Origin: Candidatus Latescibacterota bacterium
GTDB taxonomy: Bacteria > Latescibacterota > UBA2968
DNA: 39,937 nucleotides
Assembly: GCA_038279365.1 (NCBI GenBank)
Contig: JAYODI010000056.1
Location: 1-39,937 of the forward strand
Reading direction: 5' to 3'
Below are positions 19,348 through 29,054 of this stretch, one piece after another. The notes below the pieces were generated by a model. It was not told where the DNA came from. It searched no databases and saw only the letters and a program-made list of their open reading frames with translations. The first letter of the stretch is position 1. Every line of letters begins with the position of its first letter. Position numbers and translations under genes: made by a program.

Positions 19348-22266
19348 TTATGGAGCGACAGTCATGTTCACCACGGCATCTTCCCTTACAACAGGGTCAA
19401 GCCCTGTCAAATAAACCGAAGCACGCGCCCGTTTGCTCTCTACAAATGGGCGAATCTGAAACAAACACACTTCGCCATTGAGCATCCCCAATTCCACATC
19501 AAACGGTTCGGGCATACCCGACAAACGCGTTCTAATCTCTTGGGCCATTGCCCGTAGAGCAATTCTGTCCATTTTTGTTAAAACGGGTTTTTCAAAAGTG
19601 GCCTGTGCCTTACGCACACCACCCGATTCTGGCAAAACAGTAAATTGCGCTTCGCGTGCAGGAGAATACATCACATCCATTCCCCCTTCTTTGAGCAAAT
19701 AGGTTTCGGCTGTTTGTCCTTCTACGGCCCCACCCACCCCTCGACTAAATGCCACAGTGACATCACGCGCCCCACCACCAACAACACCCGAAGTAATCAT
19801 GACACCCGACCTTTCTACAGGCACGCTTTGCAACAATAAAACAGAGGGGTAAACCTGTTCTGGATTCAGCAAAAACTTCTGACGCCACCGATAACTGCGC
19901 TCAGTAAACGGCGACGCCCACACATCCCTAATGGCCTGCAACAAAATCTGTTTATCTTTTGCATTGGGAACCGTCAAATTTAAACCCGCACCCGTAAAAT
20001 CTTTCAAATCTTCCATATTGGTATCACTGCGCACAAACACGGGCACTTGCCCCAATGAGTCGCCAAATACAGATACAAAACGCTTAGATAAACGTTCGGA
20101 AAACCACGGTAAAAAAGGCATTCCCTTAATGGCCCCCCGCAATTGACTCAAACGACTCAATATTTCTGCTTCAATGGTGGTTTCTGATACCAATGAGGCA
20201 CGCTGTTCATTTGCCTGCAAAAAGGTCTCCTGCAAAAAATCCCAATATGACCCATCATATCCCAACATCGGCTGATCCATATGTGCTTTAAACACACCAA
20301 ATGGGATCACAACACCTGGTGCAACTCGATTTGGAAAAAGAGATCGCAACTCACCCAAGTTTGCCGCCTTTGGCCCACAGATCACGCCCGAGTCGGTTGC
20401 CCGCACTTCCATAAGCGAGGGCAAATCAACCTCCGTCAAATCCATACGTTCAGTTGGCACTGCAATGCGTTCATCCAAAATGCGCTTGCTCTCAAATAAG
20501 GCCTGCTCTTCTGCATCCATTTCAGATACAGGTTTCATCACCACCACACCACGAGGCGATACAGCATAAAAAACTTGTTTACCCGAATAAGCCATCAAAT
20601 CATCTACCAAATCAGAGGTCATAACAGCATTTGGAATGCCCAAATTTCTCGCCAACAATTGCACATGGGACACCGCATTGCCCTCAGATACTGTTGCAAT
20701 ACCCGCAACTGGTTTCATTTCTGCGGGTGCCTGTTGCAACACATAAATTTTGTTTCCATCAAAATCCATCTCATGCATGGTTTCTTTTAACACCACCAAT
20801 CCACCCCGAGCAAACCCAGGGTTTAAACCCCGTGCCTCTTTTCCAAGTCGAGACATCATAATCTGATTGCCTCTGCCCGACATTTTTGCCAAAGCTTCAG
20901 ACAATTGCCGGGCCACATCTCCCACCCCCAACAAAAGAGAGCCTCTTACCCGATCCTCCAAAAACCCCGAAGCCAACGGTTCAAACGATGAAAACAAAGC
21001 CACTGTGGGTTCATAAATGGCTCGTATCGTCCCCGTCCCCCAATTCACAGACCGACCAATCATGGCAACGCGCTCAGAAAACAACACAAGCGGTTCAGCA
21101 TTTGTTGGTGATTCCAAAAATGGCGCCAGCATATCAGCTTCCCAAAGCTCCAAATAACCGCACCCTGTTGCACCTTTTAACAATGCCTGCGTTTTACGTA
21201 ACATAGCCTCGGGCGTTGCCACTTCCCAATATCCCATCGACTTAAAAATCACGCCTTCTACCACCAATGACAAATCCATCATCTGTAAGCGTTTACTCGA
21301 AGCGCGATTGGGCATCGTCTCACGCAATTGCAACAACAACTCGGCACCCAAACGACAAATGGCGTCATGGCGCTGTTCACGCACCGCATCTTGCAACAAC
21401 TTAGACCACGCATCCACACCCAACCCAACCGATAACTTTTCCAAAACATCAGCTACAGGTGTTTCATAATGTTGCTGCATTTGTGTTTCCAAGTCTGTAA
21501 ACATAGCCGATACAGCATCGGTCACCATGACCCGGCTTCGAAATGCACGCACAGAATCCAAATCACGTGCATCGGGTTGTCCATGAATTTTGATGCGCAA
21601 AGGCATAAACGCGCCCACAGAATCTCCCAACACTTTGGCCAATGACCGAATCGCACGCAATCGGTTGTCCTGAGCACCGTGAGGAATATCGGCACACGCT
21701 TGCCGTAAAAGAAAAAACTGACGATTGATGCGTTCTGTATCACTCAGCACCCAAGTCAAAAAATCTCTTCCCCACGCTTCTTCATCTTCGGCCTGCAAAG
21801 CCCCCCGATAATATCGGGCTTGGCGCATAATCCACCCATCGTCTACCCCTTGTAAAAACTTCTCCATTTGATACTGCTTCAAGCGCGAACCAACCCGCAC
21901 AGAATCCCAAAACGCTTCAAAGGGGGTATCGGTTAAAATTTGTCCCAAATAAATCCCATTTTCACGCGCAATACGTTGCACCCCATCTTTAGGCAACGCA
22001 TGTTGATGGCCACCAGGGCAAGGTTCTTGGGGCCCCTGCACAGTACCATCAGGGCAAAACCAGCGAATGCCCTGATAGGGACCACGAGAATCTGCTTTAA
22101 AAGCCCCAATCAATCGCTTAAGCTCTGCCGCAGTGAGAGGCTCAGCGCCCGCAGAATCAATCATCGCCCCCCAGGCCAAAAATGAAAAACAAAGCAACGT
22201 AACAAAATTGAAAGACAAGGAATGAGTGAAACGTACCGCTCCAGATTTATGTGGTGATCGTATCAA
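19348..22266 (-). CDS. PEP-synthase/dikinase-family protein: leader, helical domain, phospho-His swivel domain, C-terminal ATP-grasp (PPDK_N) domain
   Basis: EGNAVSHVQLLARNLGIPN (His534), GPKAANLG, VRSDTNMEDLKDFTGAGL, VWASPF, DVE...LFQIRP; N-terminal LLCFSFLAWG...AGA-EP. Confidence 0.8.
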   Translation of the reverse strand: MIRSPHKSGAVRFTHSLSFNFVTLLCFSFLAWGAMIDSAGAEPLTAAELKRLIGAFKADSRGPYQGIRWFCPDGTVQGPQEPCPGGHQHALPKDGVQRIARENGIYLGQILTDTPFEAFWDSVRVGSRLKQYQMEKFLQGVDDGWIMRQARYYRGALQAEDEEAWGRDFLTWVLSDTERINRQFFLLRQACADIPHGAQDNRLRAIRSLAKVLGDSVGAFMPLRIKIHGQPDARDLDSVRAFRSRVMVTDAVSAMFTDLETQMQQHYETPVADVLEKLSVGLGVDAWSKLLQDAVREQRHDAICRLGAELLLQLRETMPNRASSKRLQMMDLSLVVEGVIFKSMGYWEVATPEAMLRKTQALLKGATGCGYLELWEADMLAPFLESPTNAEPLVLFSERVAMIGRSVNWGTGTIRAIYEPTVALFSSFEPLASGFLEDRVRGSLLLGVGDVARQLSEALAKMSGRGNQIMMSRLGKEARGLNPGFARGGLVVLKETMHEMDFDGNKIYVLQQAPAEMKPVAGIATVSEGNAVSHVQLLARNLGIPNAVMTSDLVDDLMAYSGKQVFYAVSPRGVVVMKPVSEMDAEEQALFESKRILDERIAVPTERMDLTEVDLPSLMEVRATDSGVICGPKAANLGELRSLFPNRVAPGVVIPFGVFKAHMDQPMLGYDGSYWDFLQETFLQANEQRASLVSETTIEAEILSRLSQLRGAIKGMPFLPWFSERLSKRFVSVFGDSLGQVPVFVRSDTNMEDLKDFTGAGLNLTVPNAKDKQILLQAIRDVWASPFTERSYRWRQKFLLNPEQVYPSVLLLQSVPVERSGVMITSGVVGGGARDVTVAFSRGVGGAVEGQTAETYLLKEGGMDVMYSPAREAQFTVLPESGGVRKAQATFEKPVLTKMDRIALRAMAQEIRTRLSGMPEPFDVELGMLNGEVCLFQIRPFVESKRARASVYLTGLDPVVREDAVVNMTVAP

Positions 22267-23072
22267 TGTCTTATCCTTTTGTTTTGTGTTTTTGACACCA
22301 TCTTTCGCGCCTCAGCTTGCTTCACCAAATCAATGGCTCGGCTTCCCAATTCGTCGGGTTCAAAAGGTCTTGCTAAAATACCATTCACGCGCAAACGAAT
22401 GGCCTTCTCTACCACATTACGCGACGGTTTGTCAACAATAAGCAAAATGGGCGCATAAACCGTTCCGGGCGTAAACCGCACCAATCGACACAACTCCAAT
22501 CCCATATTCACCTGAACATGGATATCGACAATCACAAGCTCAGGAGGGTTCATTCGAATATGGCGCGTCAATGGTTTGGGTCTGTCAAATGCAAACACAT
22601 TCAACCCGCGTTCGCCCAATATCTGAATCATTTTTTCCCGATGCTCATCTTTTTCGGCTACCAAAACCACTTCTGCATCCCGGTCCAAATTGTGCGGTTC
22701 GAGTAAGGCCCGAAGCAAGACACGCACCCGCTCAGGAATCACTGGCTTCACCAAATACCCATCGGCTTTGCGATCTAAAAGAATCGCTTCACCAGCTTCC
22801 GACACCTGCCCAGTCATCACCACCACATGTATTTGGGGATACTTCGCCTTTATATCGGTCAACAGATCCCACCCATTGATATCGGACATCATCAATTCGG
22901 TAATGACCAAGTCCACAGATATTTTCCGCAACAAAACCATGGCATCATCTTTTGTAGAAACCTCAAAAACGCGATAACCTGCACTTTTGATGGTATCAAC
23001 CAATACAGCTTGCTCTTCACTCGGTTCATCAACCAGCAATATATGTCGTATAGGAGATTTCATATGCATCAC
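22263..23072 (-). CDS. Tandem receiver-domain protein without an output domain (atypical response regulator)
   Basis: REC1 ILLVDE...DLVITEL...VMTG...YLVKP; REC2 VLVAE...ELVIVDI...ILARPF; 4-nt overlaps with both neighbours. Confidence 0.85.
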   Translation of the reverse strand: MMHMKSPIRHILLVDEPSEEQAVLVDTIKSAGYRVFEVSTKDDAMVLLRKISVDLVITELMMSDINGWDLLTDIKAKYPQIHVVVMTGQVSEAGEAILLDRKADGYLVKPVIPERVRVLLRALLEPHNLDRDAEVVLVAEKDEHREKMIQILGERGLNVFAFDRPKPLTRHIRMNPPELVIVDIHVQVNMGLELCRLVRFTPGTVYAPILLIVDKPSRNVVEKAIRLRVNGILARPFEPDELGSRAIDLVKQAEARKMVSKTQNKRIRH

Positions 23073-25111
23073 AGTGAAGTATAGTCAGTACCAAACAATC
23101 TGGTAAAAATGATAAAATCAGAAAAACCTATTTGATCGTCTTGATCAAGGTCGGCCAAAAACACATATCCCGTTTGGCCTTTTAATTTTCCATACACTTG
23201 GGCAAACAAAACAAAGTCGGAAAATCCTACAAAACGATCGCCATTGAGATCACCCACATCACGAAAGCCTATATCTTGTGCGCCCACCACTGTAAATTGA
23301 CGAATGGCACTGCGTGTTATCACACCCGTTTTATCACGCGCAGAAATTTGCCAAAAATATGTTTTACCCCCTTGTAAATTTGTATACACCAGTGTGGAGT
23401 CACTCAACCCCGTCAGCACAGGCGCAAGCTGCAATGAATCTTGTGCCAATCGAAAATTAAATGTCAACACATCTCCCCGATCCACATCACTACCACGCCA
23501 AACAAACGAAACGGGAATACCCAATTGATTGGCCCCCTGAGAAGGCGCAAACAATTCGGGGATATTGGGTGGATCATTAACAGCACTTACCTGAAGGACC
23601 ATCGCCGTTGTATCCGATGTACCTGCCAGATCTGTAACCACAGCCGAAATAGGATAAATCCCCCAGCCATTTGCAGGGGGTAAAAATTGGACTTTGGGTT
23701 CTGCATTTTCAATAATAAATGTTGTTTTCATCAACCCAGTTGGATCATTAAAAGACCAACGCCATTCATCTGCTGGCGATTCTGCATCGGTTGCCAAACT
23801 TCCCAGACGCAGGCTTGTAAATCGATCTTCTTGCATATTGACCAAAGACAAAGAGTTGAACACCGGTGGTGTATTCCCAAAAACCAGCCCACCACTACCA
23901 GGCAATGTCAATGCGCGCCCAGATGGTGTTGTAAAAATATTGTTCAAGCGTGTAATATCTGTTAAGGTTCGCAGTCGTGTTTGCCCAATGATCGGGGCCA
24001 CCACCACAAAGTTTATGCGTGCTACCACTCCATCAAAAACCCGACGCCCTTGAACAGATGTGATGGCAGAAAGATAAACCGCCCGCCGAGTATCATCAGC
24101 TGTTACAATCGTATTTTTTATAACTTTTAAGCTGTCGCGGGTTAAACCCATCTTCACATATGGAGAATCGGGCCGAGCACTTCGAAAAAACAAAGGATTA
24201 TACCCCACATATATTTCAACACCCCCAACACTGTCTTGGTTCGTATGCAAAAACACATCAGCAGAAATGGTATCTCCAACCGCAGGAAAAGCCACAGTAT
24301 CCAACCGCAAAAGCGATAATCGGGCCCGCCCCTCTCCACGTGGTGTACCAAAAGCATCTAAAAAAACCCCAACACGTTGCTCATCCTTATCATTGCTTTC
24401 AATAAACAACGAATCGGTGCGTGCTCTCGAACTGTCTGGCAGATAAGTCACTGTTAGTGTTTTCATACCACTTGCTGCCACATCAAATGTTGTTGCATCC
24501 AATGTAAACCGACGGTCATTCACAAACGCACGCGTCACCCGCAAAACATCGGCTCCCATATTAGAAACCTGGACTTGCTGTGACACGGCCTTGCCAATGC
24601 CAAAACTTGAAAATGTCAATTTATTTGTAGACAGTGCAATCTCTGGGCTTACCACGCGACCTATTACGGCAACGGCAGGAATGGGTTGTGATGGGTTTTC
24701 AAAAGTTTTGTTGGTTTGAAATATAAGCGCATCGGTATATGCCCCCCCCGACTTCGGCCGAAAAACAATCTGAACCGCAACACTGTCCCCAACGCCAATT
24801 TCAAATCGAGACGGCCTTGCCAGAAAATTCGATTTTTCTCCCAAGGCAAATGCATGCCCAAACACAATCAAATCGTCATTTCCCACATTTACCACAACCA
24901 CCATCGCCCTTGCAGAATCACCCACAACCACTTCGGGCATGGTCACTACCTCAGGCAAAAAAGCTACCTCAGGCCCCGCCCAAATGGGTTGTGCCATAAA
25001 TACACCCATCCAAAAAAAATACCGCAATGGCATATACACATCGGCACCCATCATATCTCTTATTTTTTTTCGTAGTGGATGCCAGCGTTCTCTCATAGGT
25101 ATCTCTCTCAA
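23069..25111 (-). CDS. Secreted multi-Ig protein: two ASH/choice-of-anchor D domains, cohesin-like, cadherin-like, Fn3-like, C-terminal dockerin/EF-hand-like pair
   Basis: VNVGNDDL, VSNMGADVL, IESNDKDE, GVEIYVGYNP, VSAVNDPP, TYFWQISARD, GDLNGDRFVGFSDF / ADLDQDDQIGFSDF. Confidence 0.7.
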   Translation of the reverse strand: MREIPMRERWHPLRKKIRDMMGADVYMPLRYFFWMGVFMAQPIWAGPEVAFLPEVVTMPEVVVGDSARAMVVVVNVGNDDLIVFGHAFALGEKSNFLARPSRFEIGVGDSVAVQIVFRPKSGGAYTDALIFQTNKTFENPSQPIPAVAVIGRVVSPEIALSTNKLTFSSFGIGKAVSQQVQVSNMGADVLRVTRAFVNDRRFTLDATTFDVAASGMKTLTVTYLPDSSRARTDSLFIESNDKDEQRVGVFLDAFGTPRGEGRARLSLLRLDTVAFPAVGDTISADVFLHTNQDSVGGVEIYVGYNPLFFRSARPDSPYVKMGLTRDSLKVIKNTIVTADDTRRAVYLSAITSVQGRRVFDGVVARINFVVVAPIIGQTRLRTLTDITRLNNIFTTPSGRALTLPGSGGLVFGNTPPVFNSLSLVNMQEDRFTSLRLGSLATDAESPADEWRWSFNDPTGLMKTTFIIENAEPKVQFLPPANGWGIYPISAVVTDLAGTSDTTAMVLQVSAVNDPPNIPELFAPSQGANQLGIPVSFVWRGSDVDRGDVLTFNFRLAQDSLQLAPVLTGLSDSTLVYTNLQGGKTYFWQISARDKTGVITRSAIRQFTVVGAQDIGFRDVGDLNGDRFVGFSDFVLFAQVYGKLKGQTGYVFLADLDQDDQIGFSDFIIFTRLFGTDYTSL

Positions 25112-25125
25112 TCACCCAGCAAACA

Positions 25126-25725
25126 TTATCGCTTGAGTTCTTTTGGCCCAATCACACCAGCAGAAATCACCATTTTTAATGCTTCTTCAATCGTCCATCC
25201 AGGATTTCTCGTATCCTGTTCTCGAACCAGCAACACATTGCCTGAAGCAGGGTTGGGTGGCGTTGGGACATATACTTTTAAAAATATTTCACCCCCATTT
25301 ACCTGATCAACCACTTTGCCCGTCACAAACCCAACGGTCCAAATGCCAGGCTTCACACATTCCACCAAAATAGCTTTTTGAAACACTTGCCGTTCGGGCA
25401 AAGAAAACGTCTCCGATACCTGCTTGCCTATTTGATAGGTCGTTTTGACCAATGGAATACGTGCCGTGAGTTGTTCTACCCACCCCAAAATGCGCTTACC
25501 AATCACGTTGCTTGTAATAAAACCCAACACATAAAGAACCACCAAAAGCAACAAAATACCCAACCCCGGAAACCGAATCCCCACCTGTTCGTCAATCAAA
25601 TCCAACACGCGTTGGTCAATAGAAGAATAAAAAAAATGCACCGCAAAAATTGACAGCGCAAAGGGTATACTTGCCAACAACCCACGAAAAATAAACATTC
25701 GAATATGCTTGATCATCTTACCCAT
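25126..25725 (-). CDS. DUF502 domain membrane protein
   Basis: RIPLVKTTY..KQ, VGFVTG, VYVPTPPNPASG, EEALKMVISAG. Confidence 0.9.
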   Translation of the reverse strand: MGKMIKHIRMFIFRGLLASIPFALSIFAVHFFYSSIDQRVLDLIDEQVGIRFPGLGILLLLVVLYVLGFITSNVIGKRILGWVEQLTARIPLVKTTYQIGKQVSETFSLPERQVFQKAILVECVKPGIWTVGFVTGKVVDQVNGGEIFLKVYVPTPPNPASGNVLLVREQDTRNPGWTIEEALKMVISAGVIGPKELKR

Positions 25726-25926
25726 ATCCTTCCCTCATTTGTTCGATACACATCTTTAACACCATTTCTACTCAAAAAACTTTTGTTGGTGTGTCCAGGG
25801 ATATCGTTTTTTATAAAGCTGTAAGAAATACAGCAAATTGACAACTTGATATTTACCAATGGCAGCCAAAACTTACAACGGCACCACCACAGAGATAACA
25901 ATCAATAAGCCACTCTGTTTTAACCC

Positions 25927-27303
25927 TTAGCGTTTTTTACGACGTGAAAAGACAAACATATAAACACCCGATAACACGACAACAACCATGGGTATATTTT
26001 GTGCCAACCCCACACCCGTAGATCCATATTTATCACGAGCAAAGGCAGACCAATCTTGTAAGGTTTGGTTGCGAATGGCAGGATCGCGCCAATTTTGAGC
26101 CAATAAACCAGCCTGATCTTCACCTATGGGCACCTTTCCAATCCCCACGGCATCTGCTTGCCCACTCACAACCCCCTGATGCCACTTTTCTTGTAATTGT
26201 GCATGAACATCAATGATTTGGGTACCCATCAAATCATTTACAACCCCCCAACGTGCCGATCCAATAGGGGCATCATATTTAAAATCAGAATGCCATGTAA
26301 ATGGATTGAGCTTGACTGCACTTCGCTTTCCAACCCGATCATATAAAGCAGGCAAAACGCTAAACTTACTCAGTTCAAAACTTTGAGGACCATCGGGTTC
26401 GCCTTGCTTTAACAACCAAAGTTTTTGACCTGTTTCTGACAAAACAAAATTGATAAACTGTTCTGCCACGGGTTGGTTGGGCGCACCTTTGAGCATACCA
26501 ATGGCATCACCATTGACCAACGTAAGGCCTTCTGGCATAACAAATCCGATCATCTCTTCACCAGCTTCGCGCACTTGTGCCCAAGCATAAGAATCTATCG
26601 CCAACCCATACGCCACCTCTCCCAAAGCCACATCTTTGGGCGTTTGTGCCGCATTGCTTGCAAAACCGCGCACATTGGCACCCATTGCGGTCACAATTTG
26701 CCAACCCTTTTCCCATCCATAGGCCTGCAAAATGATTTCGTAGGCCATATGCACACTGCCACTTTTTCGAGGGTCTGCCGATCCTACCCACGAAAAAACC
26801 TTTGGTTGTGCCAAATCTGCCCAGGTGTGGGGTTCTGGTAAACCCAATTTGGCCAAGACCACCTTGTTATAAATAATGCCAAATCCGGCCATTGTCGCAG
26901 CATACCATGTGTAATCTGCATCGCAAAGCGGCACACCGTTTAAATCGGTCTTTAATTCCTGCAAGATGTTTTCAGGCACACGATAAGAAATTAAAACACC
27001 CTGGCGTTTGAGTTCGATATACGGATCTGTGCCTCCACCAAAAAACAAATCCACACCAATGCCGTCGGGTTTGTTTTTGTATTCGGAACGAATATATTTC
27101 AAAATATCAGACGCTCCTCCCACATCCAACCATTTCAAATCGACTTCTCGCCCCGTTTTGGTCAAATAATCTTTCTGGAAAGCGTCTGTAAACTCTTTAC
27201 GCACCCCTTCCCAATGTGGCGAGAGCAAAACCAATTCATCCTGTGCATCCACCGATATGGCGCACAAAACCACCATCAGAATCCATAAGGTTCTTTGAAT
27301 CAA
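25927..27303 (-). CDS. ABC transporter substrate-binding protein, Fe3+/thiamine/AfuA-like family, with a C-terminal TM anchor
   Basis: SPH, DLFFGGG, ADPRKSGS, LKGAPN..AEQFI.FVLSE.GQ; AGGAG before TTG start. Confidence 0.85.
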   Translation of the reverse strand: MIQRTLWILMVVLCAISVDAQDELVLLSPHWEGVRKEFTDAFQKDYLTKTGREVDLKWLDVGGASDILKYIRSEYKNKPDGIGVDLFFGGGTDPYIELKRQGVLISYRVPENILQELKTDLNGVPLCDADYTWYAATMAGFGIIYNKVVLAKLGLPEPHTWADLAQPKVFSWVGSADPRKSGSVHMAYEIILQAYGWEKGWQIVTAMGANVRGFASNAAQTPKDVALGEVAYGLAIDSYAWAQVREAGEEMIGFVMPEGLTLVNGDAIGMLKGAPNQPVAEQFINFVLSETGQKLWLLKQGEPDGPQSFELSKFSVLPALYDRVGKRSAVKLNPFTWHSDFKYDAPIGSARWGVVNDLMGTQIIDVHAQLQEKWHQGVVSGQADAVGIGKVPIGEDQAGLLAQNWRDPAIRNQTLQDWSAFARDKYGSTGVGLAQNIPMVVVVLSGVYMFVFSRRKKR

Positions 27304-27371
27304 GGTTCTATCTCCTTGTCACCTGTTCTGCTTAATAAATACAAATGTGGATCACAATATTTTATCAGACT

Positions 27372-29054
27372 CTATGCCCGAAACAATTCACCCATTCGCC
27401 GTCCGAGAAATTTGCCAGCCAAAAACAAGCTGACCATCAGCAGCAACATACCCAACACACCCAAAGCACTTGCAATATAAGGCCCATCTGGGCGACCCAA
27501 GAGCGCATAAATGGCCTTGGTTATAGGATAATAGCGTTCTTCCACAGCCAAAATCAAACTGTCACTTACTTCCAACATGGCAAAGGAAAAACACAAAATG
27601 CCACCGGCCACCAAGTTTGAAAACACAAGAGGCAATGTAATGCGACGCAGTGTTGTTGTTGGGCTTGCACCCACATTTTGTGCTGCCTCCTCTAACGTGG
27701 CACTTGTTTGCTGTAACCCCGCATAAGCGGCACGTACCATATAAGGCAATCGACGCACCGCATATCCAAAGATCAAAAGCGGAATCGGATTGACCCGAAC
27801 ATCCAAAAAAGTGCCCGAAAAACCAGCCACATAACCAAAGGCAATAATGATACCCGGCACCGCCAAAGGCAACATGGTCAATACATCCAAAACTTGTTTG
27901 CCCGGCATACGGGTGCGGGCCAATAAAAATGCCACCCCAATCCCCACCACAATATCCACAACAGTACTCAATGAACTCAAAAACAAACTGTTCCGAATAC
28001 TTGTTACCGTCAATGCATGGTCAAACACCATGCCATAATAAGCACCCGTATAAGACTCAGGCAATGCCGTCATAAACCAACGCTCGGCAAAAGAAGTCAG
28101 CACCACACTAAAATGAGGAATCAACGCCAAGGCCGTAAGCCCCAACACGCCCGTATAAATAATGGCCGTCATCGCACCCGAAGCAGGTCGCACAGCCGAT
28201 GCCACATGACCGCGTGCCATCGTTTGATAACGTCCTTCCCCCATCATCGACTTAGACAAATAAAAGAACCCAACCGACATCACCACCATCACCACCACCA
28301 AAACATACCCCATTGGGTTTTCATGAATGTCGCTCAACATATTAAAAATTTGTACCGGTACCACCTGCCGATATTCAAAAATGAGTGGCGTCCCCAAATC
28401 GGTAAATGCCCAAATAAACACAATAGACGCACCCGCAAAATACCCAGGCAACATCAATGGGAATGTGACCCGTCGAAACAACGTCCAACCACTTGCCCCC
28501 ACATTGCGAGCGGCTTCTTCCATGCTGGGGTCCACATTGGCCAAAGCAGCTGCCACATTTAAATACATAATGGGATACAAGTGCAACACTTCCAAAACCA
28601 CAACACCCAACATCCCCCCACCACCAAACCAATCAATCGGTCCATCCACCACCCCCAAATCCATCAGCACCAAGTTGATAGAACCAAATCGAGAAAACAT
28701 TTGGCGCATACCCACCGCGCCCACAAAAGGAGGCAACACCATCGGCACCAGCATCAGCCCACCCAAAATGGCCTTGCCCTTAAACTCATAGCGCACCATT
28801 GCAAATGCCAATGGGACTGTGAGCAAGGTGGTGACCACCGTAACAGCCAAACCCAAATTAACGCTGTTAATAACGATCTGCCACTGCTGGGGGTCTTGAA
28901 ACAAAAAACCAAAAAACGCCAACGTAAAATGGCCATCTACCCACACCGCATTGGTCAAGATATACAACAACGGATAAATCATAAACACGCCAAAAAAAAC
29001 CAACAACCCAATCACAAAAACAAGCCGCATCGGCGTCAAATCGTACCGCCTCAT
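27372..29054 (-). CDS. ABC transporter permease with two EAA domains, FbpB/ThiP-like
   Basis: PPFVGA, EEAARNVGAS, EEAAQNVGAS. Confidence 0.92.
   Translation of the reverse strand: MRRYDLTPMRLVFVIGLLVFFGVFMIYPLLYILTNAVWVDGHFTLAFFGFLFQDPQQWQIVINSVNLGLAVTVVTTLLTVPLAFAMVRYEFKGKAILGGLMLVPMVLPPFVGAVGMRQMFSRFGSINLVLMDLGVVDGPIDWFGGGGMLGVVVLEVLHLYPIMYLNVAAALANVDPSMEEAARNVGASGWTLFRRVTFPLMLPGYFAGASIVFIWAFTDLGTPLIFEYRQVVPVQIFNMLSDIHENPMGYVLVVVMVVMSVGFFYLSKSMMGEGRYQTMARGHVASAVRPASGAMTAIIYTGVLGLTALALIPHFSVVLTSFAERWFMTALPESYTGAYYGMVFDHALTVTSIRNSLFLSSLSTVVDIVVGIGVAFLLARTRMPGKQVLDVLTMLPLAVPGIIIAFGYVAGFSGTFLDVRVNPIPLLIFGYAVRRLPYMVRAAYAGLQQTSATLEEAAQNVGASPTTTLRRITLPLVFSNLVAGGILCFSFAMLEVSDSLILAVEERYYPITKAIYALLGRPDGPYIASALGVLGMLLLMVSLFLAGKFLGRRMGELFRA

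Noticed and set aside
19348-22266. Annotation as ppsA, ppdK or rifampin phosphotransferase
   Set aside because: Domain order is reversed and there is no pyruvate-binding barrel.
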